Shown here: positions 1-10,482 of the stretch, piece by piece
Position numbering within the stretch: position 1 is the first letter of the stretch
How the letters are laid out: the number at the start of each line of letters is the position of its first letter
Assembly: GCA_046754105.1 (NCBI GenBank)
Contig: JBHHVD010000048.1
Coordinates: forward strand, 1 to 24,246
Length of the DNA stretch: 24,246 nt
Reading direction: 5' to 3'
Source: Candidatus Krumholzibacteriia bacterium
Lineage (GTDB): Bacteria; Krumholzibacteriota; Krumholzibacteriia; WVZY01
The notes under the pieces: model-generated
What the model was told of the DNA's origin: nothing
Databases searched by the model: none
What the model saw: only the letters and a program-made list of their open reading frames with translations
Program-made: the position numbers and the translations under genes

Positions 1-364
1 CGTGCGAGCGGCAGGCGGCGTGGCGAAACTCATCGAATTCGTCGAGAAACGAAAGGCACCCGCCGCGATCGAACTCGAGGTCGACTCACTCGAGTTTCTC
101 GACGCCGCGCTCCGTCTGCCGGTGGACCGCATCATGCTCGACAATTTTACCGTTGAGGAAGTGCGCAAGGCGGTCGAAATGCTGACGGCGTTCCAGAAGC
201 GGGCGAAGCGGCCGCGACCGGAGATAGAGGTTTCCGGGGGCATCCGCGCCGACACGGTCGCGGAATACGCGATGGAGGGTGTGGACTTCATCTCGGTCGG
301 CGCGCTGACCCATTCGGCGCCCGCGCTCGACTTTGGCCTCGAGGTGGTCGAGGATGGCGGCTGA
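1..364 (+). CDS. nadC: Nicotinate-nucleotide diphosphorylase (quinolinate phosphoribosyltransferase), 3' part, truncated by window start
   Basis: C-terminal QPRTase motifs IELEVDSLE, IMLDNF, IEVSGGI, GVDFISVGALTHSAPALD; stop TGA 362-364. Confidence 0.95.
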   Translation, partial: VRAAGGVAKLIEFVEKRKAPAAIELEVDSLEFLDAALRLPVDRIMLDNFTVEEVRKAVEMLTAFQKRAKRPRPEIEVSGGIRADTVAEYAMEGVDFISVGALTHSAPALDFGLEVVEDGG

Positions 365-1169
365 CCGGGGCCTCCTTCCAGCGGATATTCAACGCGCGCT
401 GTCCACGGACTCGCTGGGGCGCCGCGTCTATTACTTGCCCGAAGTGGATTCAACCAACCGCCTGGCGGCGGCGCTTGCCGGGTGCGGCGAGGCGGAAGGA
501 ACCCTGGTCGTTACCGATTTCCAGAGTGCCGGACGCGGCCGGGGGCAAAATCGCTGGATCAGCCCGCGGGGCCGCAACCTGCTTTTCTCGGTCGTGCTGC
601 GCCCGCGGCTGCAGACGCGCGAACTGCTGCCGGTCACGTTGGCGTTTGCAGTCACCGTAGCGGAAGCCCTGTCCCGGTTCGCCGGCGAGGGACTGCAGGT
701 CAAATGGCCGAACGACATCGTCTCATCCGGCGGCAAGATCGGGGGTCTCCTGGCCGAGAGCGTGAGCAAGTCGGGGAGGGCGTCGTACGTCGTCGCCGGC
801 ATCGGCGTCAACGTGAATATGCGGGCGCGAGAGGTGCCGGAGAACCCGGGCCAGCCCGTCGCGTCCTGCCACAGCCTGACCGGCGAGGAGCACGACCGCA
901 TCGCCGTCCTCGCGAGCCTGCTCGCCGCGTTGGAGCCCGCATACGGGAGATTCGTAAAAGACGGGTTCGCGCCCTTCGTGCAGAGTTACGGCGAACGGCT
1001 GGCGCTTCGAGGAAGCACCGTGGAGATGCAAGACGGCGGGCGCGGGATTCGCGGGCGCATCACCGGCGTCCGTGACGACGGCGGCCTCGCGCTTCGCACG
1101 GGCGACGGGCGGGAGCGGGTCGTTTATGGAGGACGGATCGGGGGGATCTTGGGCGATGGCTTCCGGTAG
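354..1169 (+). CDS. birA: Biotin--[acetyl-CoA-carboxylase] ligase, without N-terminal HTH
   Basis: VDSTN, QSAGRGR, LLFSVVL, KWPND, KIGGLL, GIGVNVN motifs; ATG 354 overlaps the nadC end by 11 nt. Confidence 0.93.
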   Translation: MAADRGLLPADIQRALSTDSLGRRVYYLPEVDSTNRLAAALAGCGEAEGTLVVTDFQSAGRGRGQNRWISPRGRNLLFSVVLRPRLQTRELLPVTLAFAVTVAEALSRFAGEGLQVKWPNDIVSSGGKIGGLLAESVSKSGRASYVVAGIGVNVNMRAREVPENPGQPVASCHSLTGEEHDRIAVLASLLAALEPAYGRFVKDGFAPFVQSYGERLALRGSTVEMQDGGRGIRGRITGVRDDGGLALRTGDGRERVVYGGRIGGILGDGFR

Positions 1170-1944
1170 ACCGGTTTTGTTCGTGGACGCGGGCAATAGC
1201 TTCGTCAAGTTTGCGGCGAGGGACGGGCGCGCGTGGTCGGATCTCGGCCGCACCGCCACGAGCGCCGCTGTCTCGGCAAGGCGCGTAATCCCGCCGGGCG
1301 CGCGCCGCTATGTGGACCGGCGCCGCGATGTGGAGACGTGGGTGTCGTCGGTCGTTCCCGGGGCCAACCGGCCGGTGGCGGCGGCGCTGCGCGCGCTCAC
1401 CGGCTCGCGGCCCGTGTTCGTCGATCACCGGTTCAGACTGCCGTTTCGCCTCCACGTGGCGAAGCCCGGCGAGCTGGGGGCCGACCGTCTCTGCGCGGCG
1501 GCGGGTGCGGTGCGCCGGGGCCGGCGGTCGGTGATCGTAATCGATGTCGGATCGGCGATCACGGTGGACCTCGTGGACCGCGGCGCCTACCGCGGCGGCC
1601 TCATCCTTGTCGGCCCCGCCCTCGGCCTGCGCACCCTGGGCGCCTACGCCCGGCGGCTGCCCACCGTCGACCTCCCGTCCGCGCCCCACGCCTTTCCCCA
1701 GCTGTTCGAGAATACGCGCTCGTCGATGATCCTCGGCGCGAGAGTCGGAGCCCTGGGCGCCGTCCGCGAGGCGGCCGCCGTGCTGCGCCGGGCAGCCGGA
1801 GGGCGCCCCGGCGTCGTTGTTACCGGGGGTGGTGTGGTGACGTGGACCGATCGTCTCCCGGCAGGCTGGCGGTTCGAACCGCGCCTCGTGTGCGAGGGTC
1901 TGCTCTTGTTGCGCCGCCTCAACCCGGAACGCCGGCCGCAGTGA
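1156..1944 (+). CDS. coaX: Type III pantothenate kinase
   Basis: [37 protein letters not shown] motifs; ATG 1156 overlaps birA end; nadC-birA-coaX context. Confidence 0.92.
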   Translation: MASGRPVLFVDAGNSFVKFAARDGRAWSDLGRTATSAAVSARRVIPPGARRYVDRRRDVETWVSSVVPGANRPVAAALRALTGSRPVFVDHRFRLPFRLHVAKPGELGADRLCAAAGAVRRGRRSVIVIDVGSAITVDLVDRGAYRGGLILVGPALGLRTLGAYARRLPTVDLPSAPHAFPQLFENTRSSMILGARVGALGAVREAAAVLRRAAGGRPGVVVTGGGVVTWTDRLPAGWRFEPRLVCEGLLLLRRLNPERRPQ

Positions 1945-2050
1945 CCCACACCAGGCAGCTATTTGACAATAATTTGTCCAGTATAACATAACCAATTACA
2001 TAACAATAGAATACACTGGAATAATCGTGCGGGAGTGTGCCCTTTTCGGC

Positions 2051-2079
2051 TTGCATGGGTGGGGAGGGGCGTGTATATT
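2051..2079 (+). promoter_or_regulatory. Putative sigma70-type promoter of groESL
   Basis: TTGCAT (2051-2056), 17 nt spacer, TATATT (2074-2079), immediately upstream of the CIRCE element. Confidence 0.65.
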
Positions 2080-2088
2080 CATGGCGAA

Positions 2089-2115
2089 TTGGCAGTCTAT
2101 TGGAGAGAGTGCCAA
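2089..2115 (+). promoter_or_regulatory. CIRCE element (HrcA operator)
   Basis: TTGGCAGTC-N9-GAGTGCCAA versus consensus TTAGCACTC-N9-GAGTGCTAA, located between the promoter and the groES RBS (GGAGGAGG). Confidence 0.92.
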
Positions 2116-2150
2116 GATTGGTTCTATGACCCATGGGAGGAGGTAATTCT

Positions 2151-2435
2151 ATGACCATCAATCCGTTAGCGGATCGCGTTCTCGTGAAGCCGCTGGAGAA
2201 GGAGGAAGTCAAGAAAGGCGGCATAATTATTCCGGATACCGCCAAAGAGAAGCCCCAGGAAGGGGAAGTCGTTGCCGTAGGCAAGGGGCGGTTGTCCAGC
2301 AAGGGCGAGCGGATCGCGCCTGAGGTCAAGACGGGCGACAAGGTCTTGTTCAGGAAGTACTCAGGCACCGAGATCAACGTCGGTGAGGAGCAGTACTTGA
2401 TTCTGCAGGAAAACGAGATTCTCGCCACATTGTAA
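2151..2435 (+). CDS. groES: Co-chaperonin GroES
   Basis: [35 protein letters not shown]; strong SD GGAGGAGG before ATG 2151. Confidence 0.98.
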   Translation: MTINPLADRVLVKPLEKEEVKKGGIIIPDTAKEKPQEGEVVAVGKGRLSSKGERIAPEVKTGDKVLFRKYSGTEINVGEEQYLILQENEILATL

Positions 2436-4085
<1,650 letters not shown>

Positions 4086-4102
4086 AAAGCGTGCGTGCAC
4101 CT

Positions 4103-4175
4103 TCGCCCCGGAGCCCGGGGCGAGCCGGAATTACGCCGCGAGGGGACTTCTCCCCCGCGGCGTAGCCGTTTCCGG
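4103..4175 (+). terminator. Tandem GC-rich hairpins downstream of groEL (probable terminator or mRNA 3' stabiliser)
   Basis: Perfect 9-bp stem TCGCCCCGG/CCGGGGCGA (4103-4123); second stem TACGCCGCG-A-GGGGA-cttc-TCCCC-CGCGGCGTA (4132-4164), extendable by CCGGAA/TTCCGG; no canonical U-tract. Confidence 0.55.
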
Positions 4176-4178
4176 GCC

Positions 4179-4218
4179 AAAAAAAAGTCTTGAAATCCCC
4201 TGAACTTACGTCTATTTT
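4179..4218 (+). promoter_or_regulatory. Putative promoter with A-tract (UP-like) for the lipoprotein gene
   Basis: A8 tract 4179-4186, TTGAAA (4190-4195), 17 nt spacer, TATTTT (4213-4218) in an AT-rich intergenic patch. Confidence 0.4.
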
Positions 4219-4327
4219 TTTGTGGAAACCCCACCTATTTGAGATATTCTGAATTGTCCTAATCTACACGTATCCGTTTTCGCCTGTAGAGGTCGATGAC
4301 CGGCCCAAATGGTTGTTGGAGGTACCG

Positions 4328-5953
4328 TTGAGAATCACAGGGTCCAGTACGTTTTGGGGAAGGCTTGCGGGGGGCGTGCTCGTGCTCACCGCGCTGTTTT
4401 CAGGATGCGGCGACAGCGGGCCCGGCGACGGGGTTGTCACGCCGGAGTCGACCGCGATCAAGGTAGACGGGATTATTTTCAATCCCAAGTCCCCGACGCC
4501 GGGTGACACGATGATGGCGACCGCCGTCGTGACCTCGGGCTCCCTGAACCCCGGCGACTTCGTCGGCTACCAGTGGTCGGTCGACGGGGGCACGCTGCTC
4601 GACACCGGTAAGACGTCGGTTCGCTGGGTGGCGCCCGATACGACGTCGGGCACCCTGTTCACGGTGACGGTTCGCGCGACGAACGCCGTATCTACTTCGA
4701 CCGGGTCGGGGAAAGTCCTCGTCAATCGCATTACGACGCTCGTCGGGTCCCGGGCAGGGGAGGTCCACCCGACCAGCACGGGGGACTCGATCTATTATCT
4801 GAGTTCCAACCTGCGGCCCACCCAGTTTTTCTTCAACGGATTCGAGATCATGCTGCGGGACGGGAGCGGCACCACGACCACGGTGAACCCGAACCGTTTT
4901 GGCACCGAGTACAAGTTCAACCGCACGCTCACGCAGGCGGTTCACGTGGAAACCGAATTCATCTCCGGCTCGGACAAGCTCAAGCAGATCTACCACGATG
5001 ATCTGCTTGCCGGAGTGAGCATACCGTTGCCGATCATGCCCCTTCAGCCCCTCCAGCGCAAACCGCAGTTCACCGAGCCGGACTTTTCTCCCGACGACCG
5101 GCTGATCGTTTACCAGGCGTTCCTGCCCGACGCGCAGAAACCACCCGCGCAGGGCGGAGTGGATACGTTCGAAGTATTCGTCTACGATATAGGCACGCAG
5201 CAGGTATCGCGCGTTACACACGGCCTGGCCAGTTTTCATCCCTCGTTCAGCAGCGACGGCGCTTTTATGGTATTCATGTCGGATACGACGGCAAGTCAGA
5301 ACGGGGCGTGGGAGTTGTACGCGCTGCCGGTGACAGGCGGGGTGGTGAGTCCGGATACGATAGGCCCGCTAACAGAGCTTACGACCTCCGGCGGGATTGT
5401 GGGCTCAGGATCGCCGCCAAGCGTGGGTGCCCGGGCGTGGAATGGCAATGCGGCGGACCCGGTGCTCGCCATCGTGGATGCCAACGACAAGCTCAATCTG
5501 GTGCGGACGGACGGTTCCGGCGCCCTGGTCGTCAACGTCGCGGACAAAGTGAAGGACTTCGCGTGGGCGCCGGGCGGAAGCCAGCTGGCGATGACGGCGG
5601 GCAACAGCATCTACGTCGTATCCTCAAACGCCAGCGCGCAGTCGGTAAACGACATTCTGGTCGGCGACCGGGTATCGCGGCTCTCCTGGTCGGGCAACGA
5701 GGACTATCTCATTTATAACGTCGTGCGCAGCACGGATTCCTGGTACGAGCTCATCGACATAACCGGTGCCACCGGGCTGCTGAAGCCGGTCAGGATCTCG
5801 GGTGCGGTTTCGAATGGCAATGCAGCGGACTACAGCAGCCTACTCGTGACGCGGCCGGCGTGGGCCCCGAACGCAACGACAGCGTACCTGATGTTCTTTT
5901 TCAACCCAACACCAAGGCTGTCGACCCTCAGTCTGTCCGGGTTGACTCCATGA
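4328..5953 (+). CDS. Putative lipoprotein with Ig/PKD-like domain and TolB-like (PD40-type) beta-propeller
   Basis: Signal peptide with lipobox LFSGC; Thr-rich beta domain (YQWSVDGGTL, VRWVAP, FTVTVRATN); repeats PDFSPDD, PSFSSDG, FAWAPGG, LSWSGNE, PAWAPNA; TTG 4328 follows GGAGGT (ORF track start 4313). Confidence 0.75.
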   Translation: MRITGSSTFWGRLAGGVLVLTALFSGCGDSGPGDGVVTPESTAIKVDGIIFNPKSPTPGDTMMATAVVTSGSLNPGDFVGYQWSVDGGTLLDTGKTSVRWVAPDTTSGTLFTVTVRATNAVSTSTGSGKVLVNRITTLVGSRAGEVHPTSTGDSIYYLSSNLRPTQFFFNGFEIMLRDGSGTTTTVNPNRFGTEYKFNRTLTQAVHVETEFISGSDKLKQIYHDDLLAGVSIPLPIMPLQPLQRKPQFTEPDFSPDDRLIVYQAFLPDAQKPPAQGGVDTFEVFVYDIGTQQVSRVTHGLASFHPSFSSDGAFMVFMSDTTASQNGAWELYALPVTGGVVSPDTIGPLTELTTSGGIVGSGSPPSVGARAWNGNAADPVLAIVDANDKLNLVRTDGSGALVVNVADKVKDFAWAPGGSQLAMTAGNSIYVVSSNASAQSVNDILVGDRVSRLSWSGNEDYLIYNVVRSTDSWYELIDITGATGLLKPVRISGAVSNGNAADYSSLLVTRPAWAPNATTAYLMFFFNPTPRLSTLSLSGLTP

Positions 5954-5963
5954 AAATTCGTTG

Positions 5964-7118
5964 ATGAAGGCTTCCCGACTTCTTTCACTGCCACCGTATC
6001 TGTTCGAGGAGTTGGAGAACCGTTACCGCCAGGCGGTGGGTGAAGGCCGCGAAGTCATCGACCTCAGCATCGGCGACCCCGACCTCCCCCCACCGGAATC
6101 GCTCCTTTCCGCGCTCACCAAAGCGGCCTCCAACCCCGCGCACCACCGCTACCCGCCGCAACGCGGAGTTCGGGCGCTGAAGGAGTCCGTCCGCGGCTAC
6201 CTGTCGCGCCGGTGCGGCGTGCGCCCGCGGGACGACGAGTTGCTCATTCTGTGCGGTTCGAAAGAGGGCATCGCCCACCTTCCGTGGGCGGTCTGCAACC
6301 CGGGCGACGTCGCGTTGGTGCCCGACCCCGGGTACCCGGTCTACCATTCGGCCGCCGCGTTCGCCGGCTGCCGCCTCGCGCCCATACCGCTCCGGCCTTC
6401 GAATGACTTTGTTCCGGATTTCGACGCGCTTGACGACGCGGAGCGCGACCAGGCCCGGATCTGTTTTCTCAACTATCCCAACAATCCAACGAGCGCCGTG
6501 GCCGACGCCGGCGTGCTGGAACGGGCGTTGGAACTCGGCGCGCGCGGCGGGACGGTCGTGGTGAACGATGCCGCCTACGCAGACGTCTATTTCGACGACC
6601 GGGTGACGCCGCTGCTGTGCGCCGTCCCCGGCGCGCTCGAGAGCCCCATGATCGAGGTGTTCTCGTTCTCCAAGTCCTACAGCATTACCGGCTGGAGGAT
6701 CGGGTTCGCGGTGGGCCGCCACGACGTGATCGAGGCGCTGGCGCACATGAAGGCGAATATCGACTCGGGAGTTTTCGGTGCGGTGCAGGAGGCGGTCGCC
6801 CAAACACTGGACTCGGACGGCGATCGGTACGCAGGGTGGATGCGAGGGCAATACCAGCGGCGCCGGGACGTGGTCGTGGCGGGGCTGAAGAGCCTCGGCT
6901 TTCAATGTTTTCCCACTTATGCTACGTTTTACGTCTGGGCGGAGGTTCCCACCCCGTGGCGATCGATGGACTACGCGCTTCACGTGCTGCGGGAGGCGGA
7001 CCTCCTGATCACGCCGGGCGTGGGGTTTGGCGATGGCGGCGAGGGTTTTTTCCGCGTCGCGCTTACGCGGCCGCTTGACGAATTAAAAGAGGCGCTCACT
7101 CGCCTCGCCCGCGTGTGA
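5964..7118 (+). CDS. PLP-dependent class I/II aminotransferase, most like LL-diaminopimelate aminotransferase
   Basis: LPPYLF, IDLSIGDPD, HRYP, GSKEGIAH, PDPGYPVY, LNYPNNPT, DAAY, SFSKSYSITGWRIG (PLP lysine); substrate assignment is by family resemblance only. Confidence 0.85.
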   Translation: MKASRLLSLPPYLFEELENRYRQAVGEGREVIDLSIGDPDLPPPESLLSALTKAASNPAHHRYPPQRGVRALKESVRGYLSRRCGVRPRDDELLILCGSKEGIAHLPWAVCNPGDVALVPDPGYPVYHSAAAFAGCRLAPIPLRPSNDFVPDFDALDDAERDQARICFLNYPNNPTSAVADAGVLERALELGARGGTVVVNDAAYADVYFDDRVTPLLCAVPGALESPMIEVFSFSKSYSITGWRIGFAVGRHDVIEALAHMKANIDSGVFGAVQEAVAQTLDSDGDRYAGWMRGQYQRRRDVVVAGLKSLGFQCFPTYATFYVWAEVPTPWRSMDYALHVLREADLLITPGVGFGDGGEGFFRVALTRPLDELKEALTRLARV

Positions 7119-7157
7119 GCTCCTTGATTTCGTTTCCGTCCCGGAGCGGGGAGAACA

Positions 7158-7526
7158 ATGGGCAGCGACATCATACGTTTGAAGAATCTCACGATATTCG
7201 GACACTACGGGGTGTCTCCGGCCGAGCGTGAGGTCGGGCAGAAGATCGAGCTCGATATAGAGCTGCACGCGGACCTGAAGGCGGCGTGCCGGAGCGACTC
7301 ACTGAAGGACACCATCAACTACGAATCGGTGTACGCCAAGGTAGTGGAAGTGGTTTCCGAGCGAAAGCACCGCCTGCTGGAATCGCTGGGCGAGGATATC
7401 ACGGACTGCCTGCTGCAGCACTTTCCCGTCTCGAGAATCGCGATTCGCTTGCGCAAACTCAACCTTCCGTTTCCGAACAGTCTGTCGCACGTCGAAGTAT
7501 GCCTGACACGAGACGCCGCGATTTGA
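7158..7526 (+). CDS. folB: Dihydroneopterin aldolase
   Basis: GHYGVSPAEREVGQ, SDSLKDTINYESV, LLESLGE, IRLRK. Confidence 0.93.
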   Translation: MGSDIIRLKNLTIFGHYGVSPAEREVGQKIELDIELHADLKAACRSDSLKDTINYESVYAKVVEVVSERKHRLLESLGEDITDCLLQHFPVSRIAIRLRKLNLPFPNSLSHVEVCLTRDAAI

Positions 7527-8032
7527 GGGATTCCCCCGCGTATTTGAGCCTGGGGTCGAACGTCGGCGCGCGGGAATCCGCTCTGCTCTCCGCGGTAAGG
7601 TCGCTGGAGACCGAGGGAATAGCGAGGCTCTCCCGAGTCAGCTCGCTTTACGAGACGGAGCCGGTTGCGTGCGACCCCATGGACGATTTTGCGAACGTGG
7701 TCGTGGAAGTTCAGCCTTTACTTTGCCCGGAGGATTTGCTAATCCGGTTACAGATGCTGGAACAGCACATGGGGCGCCGTGGAGGGCACAACGAACCCAG
7801 AACCGTAGACATCGACATAGTGGCCGTGGCGGACCAGGTGCTGAAGACCGCGGACCTGGAAATTCCGCATCCACGCTACCGGGAGCGCGCTTTCGTGCTT
7901 GTCCCTCTCGGAGAAATCGCGCCGGGTTTCACCTGCCCCGTTACCGGCAAGAGCGTCTCCGAGATGATCCAGGCGATTGCCGCGCCGCAGCGCGTCACGT
8001 TGATAAGCGCCAGGCGCATGATCTGCCAGTAA
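7523..8032 (+). CDS. folK: 2-amino-4-hydroxy-6-hydroxymethyldihydropteridine diphosphokinase
   Basis: AYLSLGSNVG, SSLYETEP, PRTVDIDI, LEIPHPRYRERAFVLVPL; probable TTG start overlapping the folB stop (TTGA). Confidence 0.93.
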   Translation: MRDSPAYLSLGSNVGARESALLSAVRSLETEGIARLSRVSSLYETEPVACDPMDDFANVVVEVQPLLCPEDLLIRLQMLEQHMGRRGGHNEPRTVDIDIVAVADQVLKTADLEIPHPRYRERAFVLVPLGEIAPGFTCPVTGKSVSEMIQAIAAPQRVTLISARRMICQ

Positions 8033-8056
8033 CACCCCTTCGCCGGACCAGGAATC

Positions 8057-8728
8057 ATGTATAATCGGTATCGACAGAAACTCGCGAAGAGCGGCATCTC
8101 GATCGTCGCCGTCGAGGGCAGTATCGGGGTTGGAAAGACGTCCCTGGCGAGGTTGCTCGCGCGCAACCTGGGGGCGCGGCTCATCGAGGAGAAAGTGGAC
8201 GACAATCCGTTTCTCGAGCGCTTTTACGAGGACATGGGGGCCTACGCTTTTCAGACGCAGCTCGTTTTCCTGATGAACCGTTACAAGGAGCAGCTCTCGC
8301 TGGGACAAAAGGAGCTCTTCGAAGAACTGACCATTATCGATTATATATTCGCCCGCGACCGGATTTTTGCGAATGTGAATCTCAGCGACGACGAACTGGG
8401 CCTGTACAACCGCATCGCGTCGGAGCTCGAGAGGAAGCTCGTGCGCCCGGACGTAGTTATCTACCTGCAGGCGTCGAGCGACGTACTGTACGACAGGATC
8501 CAGATGCGGGGAAAACCCGTGGAGAGAAGTATTTCAAAAGATTACCTGGAGACGTTGAATCAGGCGTTCAACCATTTTTTCTTCAATTACGAGGAAACGC
8601 CTCTGTTGGTCGTGAACACGGACTCCATGGACTTCGTCAACAACGAGAGGCATTTTCACGATCTCGTGGGGCGGATTACGGAACCGGTCAAGGGGATCGA
8701 ACTCTACGTTCCCACGTGGGAGTCATGA
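8057..8728 (+). CDS. Deoxynucleoside kinase (dAK/dCK/dGK family)
   Basis: P-loop VEGSIGVGKTS, NPFLERFY, AFQTQLVFL, PDVVIYLQAS, RIQMRGKPVE; common folK-dNK-panB context. Confidence 0.92.
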   Translation: MYNRYRQKLAKSGISIVAVEGSIGVGKTSLARLLARNLGARLIEEKVDDNPFLERFYEDMGAYAFQTQLVFLMNRYKEQLSLGQKELFEELTIIDYIFARDRIFANVNLSDDELGLYNRIASELERKLVRPDVVIYLQASSDVLYDRIQMRGKPVERSISKDYLETLNQAFNHFFFNYEETPLLVVNTDSMDFVNNERHFHDLVGRITEPVKGIELYVPTWES

Positions 8729-9537
8729 TGGGGCGCCAGGACAAGATAACCGTACGCACCATAGTGGACATGAAGACAGCCGGGGAAAAGGTCGTGATGC
8801 TGACCGCGTACGACTACCAGACGGCCATGCTGGAGGACCGCGCCGGCGTCGAGATCATCCTCGTGGGCGACAGCCTGGGCATGGTGGTCCTCGGCTACGA
8901 GAATACGCTGCCCGTGACCCTCGAGGAGATCATCCACCATCTCAAGGCGGTGAGCCGGGTCAGACCTCGCGCGCTGCTGGTGGGCGACCTGCCGTTCATG
9001 AGCTACCAGGCCAGCGTGGAGGACGCGGTCCGGAACGCCGGCCGGCTGCTCAAGGAGGGCGGTGCCGAAGCGGTCAAGCTCGAAGGAGGACGCCGGATGA
9101 GTGCCGTCATCAAGGCGATCCTCGACGCGGACATACCGGTGATGGGCCATATAGGGCTCACCCCGCAGTCGCTCCACCGCCTGGGCGGCTACCGTGTGCA
9201 GGGCAAGGATCCGGAAAGTGCGGAGAAACTCGTCGAGGACGCGAAGTTTCTCGAGGAGGCCGGGTGTTTCAGCCTGGTACTCGAAGGCATGCCGCGGGAG
9301 CTTGCCGGCACCATCTCCGCCTCGCTGAAAATACCCACCATCGGCATCGGTGCAGGCTCCCTTTGCGACGGCCAGGTGCTGGTCGTCAACGATATGCTCG
9401 GCATGTCGGAGGATTTCTCACCCAAGTTTGTTAAACGCTACGCAAGGGTCGGGCGGGATATGGGCCGGGCGTTCGACGAATTCGTCGACGACGTCAAGAA
9501 AGGCAGATTCCCCGACAGCGAACACAGCTATTCCTGA
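8725..9537 (+). CDS. panB: 3-methyl-2-oxobutanoate hydroxymethyltransferase
   Basis: MLTAYD, ILVGDSLGMV, VGDLPF, VKLEGG, VMGHIGLTPQ, PTIGIGAG, DGQVLV; ATGA overlap with the dNK stop. Confidence 0.97.
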   Translation: MMGRQDKITVRTIVDMKTAGEKVVMLTAYDYQTAMLEDRAGVEIILVGDSLGMVVLGYENTLPVTLEEIIHHLKAVSRVRPRALLVGDLPFMSYQASVEDAVRNAGRLLKEGGAEAVKLEGGRRMSAVIKAILDADIPVMGHIGLTPQSLHRLGGYRVQGKDPESAEKLVEDAKFLEEAGCFSLVLEGMPRELAGTISASLKIPTIGIGAGSLCDGQVLVVNDMLGMSEDFSPKFVKRYARVGRDMGRAFDEFVDDVKKGRFPDSEHSYS

Positions 9538-9554
9538 CCGGCGTTCCTCGAGTC

Positions 9555-10430
9555 ATGGAGATCATCCATTCCAACGCGACGCTGCGCCGGAGCGTCCGGC
9601 GGCTCAAGGCACGGGACAAGACCATCGTCCTCGTGCCGACCATGGGCGCGTTGCACGCGGGACACGAGGCGTGCATCGAACTGGCCCGCAAGCACGGCGA
9701 TACGGTGGTCGTATCGATTTTTGTCAATCCGGCCCAGTTCGGGCCCGGCGAGGATTTCGAATCCTACCCCAAGGACATGACCGAGGACCTGGCGCTTTGC
9801 GAGCGGGCGGGGTGCGACGTGGTGTTTGCGCCGACTGTGGAAGACATGTACCCCGAGACGCAGGTGGTTTGGGTGGAACCCGGTGACCTGGCCACGCCGC
9901 TGTGCGGCGCCGGGCGGCCGGGGCATTTCCGCGGCGTGTGCACGGTCGTATGCAAGCTCTTCAACATCGCCGGGCCGGACGTCGCCGTTTTCGGGCAGAA
10001 AGACGCGCAACAGGCGCTCGTTATCCGCAGCATGGTCTCGCAGTTGGGAATGGGAGTCGACATCCGTCTGTGCCCGGTGGTCCGCGAGCCGGACGGGCTG
10101 GCCTGCAGTTCACGAAACCGCTACCTCGGCAGCGGAGAGCGTGTGCGGGCGGCTCGCATCTACGAGGCGCTCGTGCGGGCCACGGAGGCGATCTCCGCCG
10201 GCGAGCGCGACCCGGCGGCCGTGTGCGGCGAGGTTCGATCGCAACTCGAGGGGTCGGTCGACGTGGAGTATGTGGAACTCCTTGATACGAAGGCACTTAG
10301 GCCGGTTACCAGGGCGGCGGACCACGTGATCCTTGCCGTCGCCGGCCGCATCGGCCGGACCCGCCTGATTGACAACGTCGTCCTGCGGCTCGACGCCAGC
10401 GGCGGGGTGGCCGAAGCGCCGCTGTTCTAG
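9555..10430 (+). CDS. panC: Pantoate--beta-alanine ligase
   Basis: VPTMGALHAGH, SIFVNPAQF, RPGHFRGV, FGQKDAQQ, REPDGLACSSRN, RLIDN. Confidence 0.97.
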   Translation: MEIIHSNATLRRSVRRLKARDKTIVLVPTMGALHAGHEACIELARKHGDTVVVSIFVNPAQFGPGEDFESYPKDMTEDLALCERAGCDVVFAPTVEDMYPETQVVWVEPGDLATPLCGAGRPGHFRGVCTVVCKLFNIAGPDVAVFGQKDAQQALVIRSMVSQLGMGVDIRLCPVVREPDGLACSSRNRYLGSGERVRAARIYEALVRATEAISAGERDPAAVCGEVRSQLEGSVDVEYVELLDTKALRPVTRAADHVILAVAGRIGRTRLIDNVVLRLDASGGVAEAPLF

Positions 10431-10437
10431 TCATTGG

Positions 10438-10467
10438 TTGCCACGCAACGCCGCTTTGCGCTAGGCT
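10438..10467 (+). promoter_or_regulatory. Putative internal promoter upstream of the GlmU-like gene
   Basis: TTGCCA (10438-10443), 18 nt spacer, TAGGCT (10462-10467); ATG only 15 nt further, no SD. Confidence 0.35.
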
Positions 10468-10482
10468 CAGCCCGGGCCTCAA

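Noticed and set aside
1963..1987. TTGACA...TATAAC as a consensus promoter
   Set aside because: The spacer is only 13 nt, too short for sigma70
7286..7522. N-terminal extension of folK suggesting a folB-folK fusion or frameshift
   Set aside because: It is an alternative frame inside folB; the TTGA stop/start overlap explains the junction and no slippery site is evident
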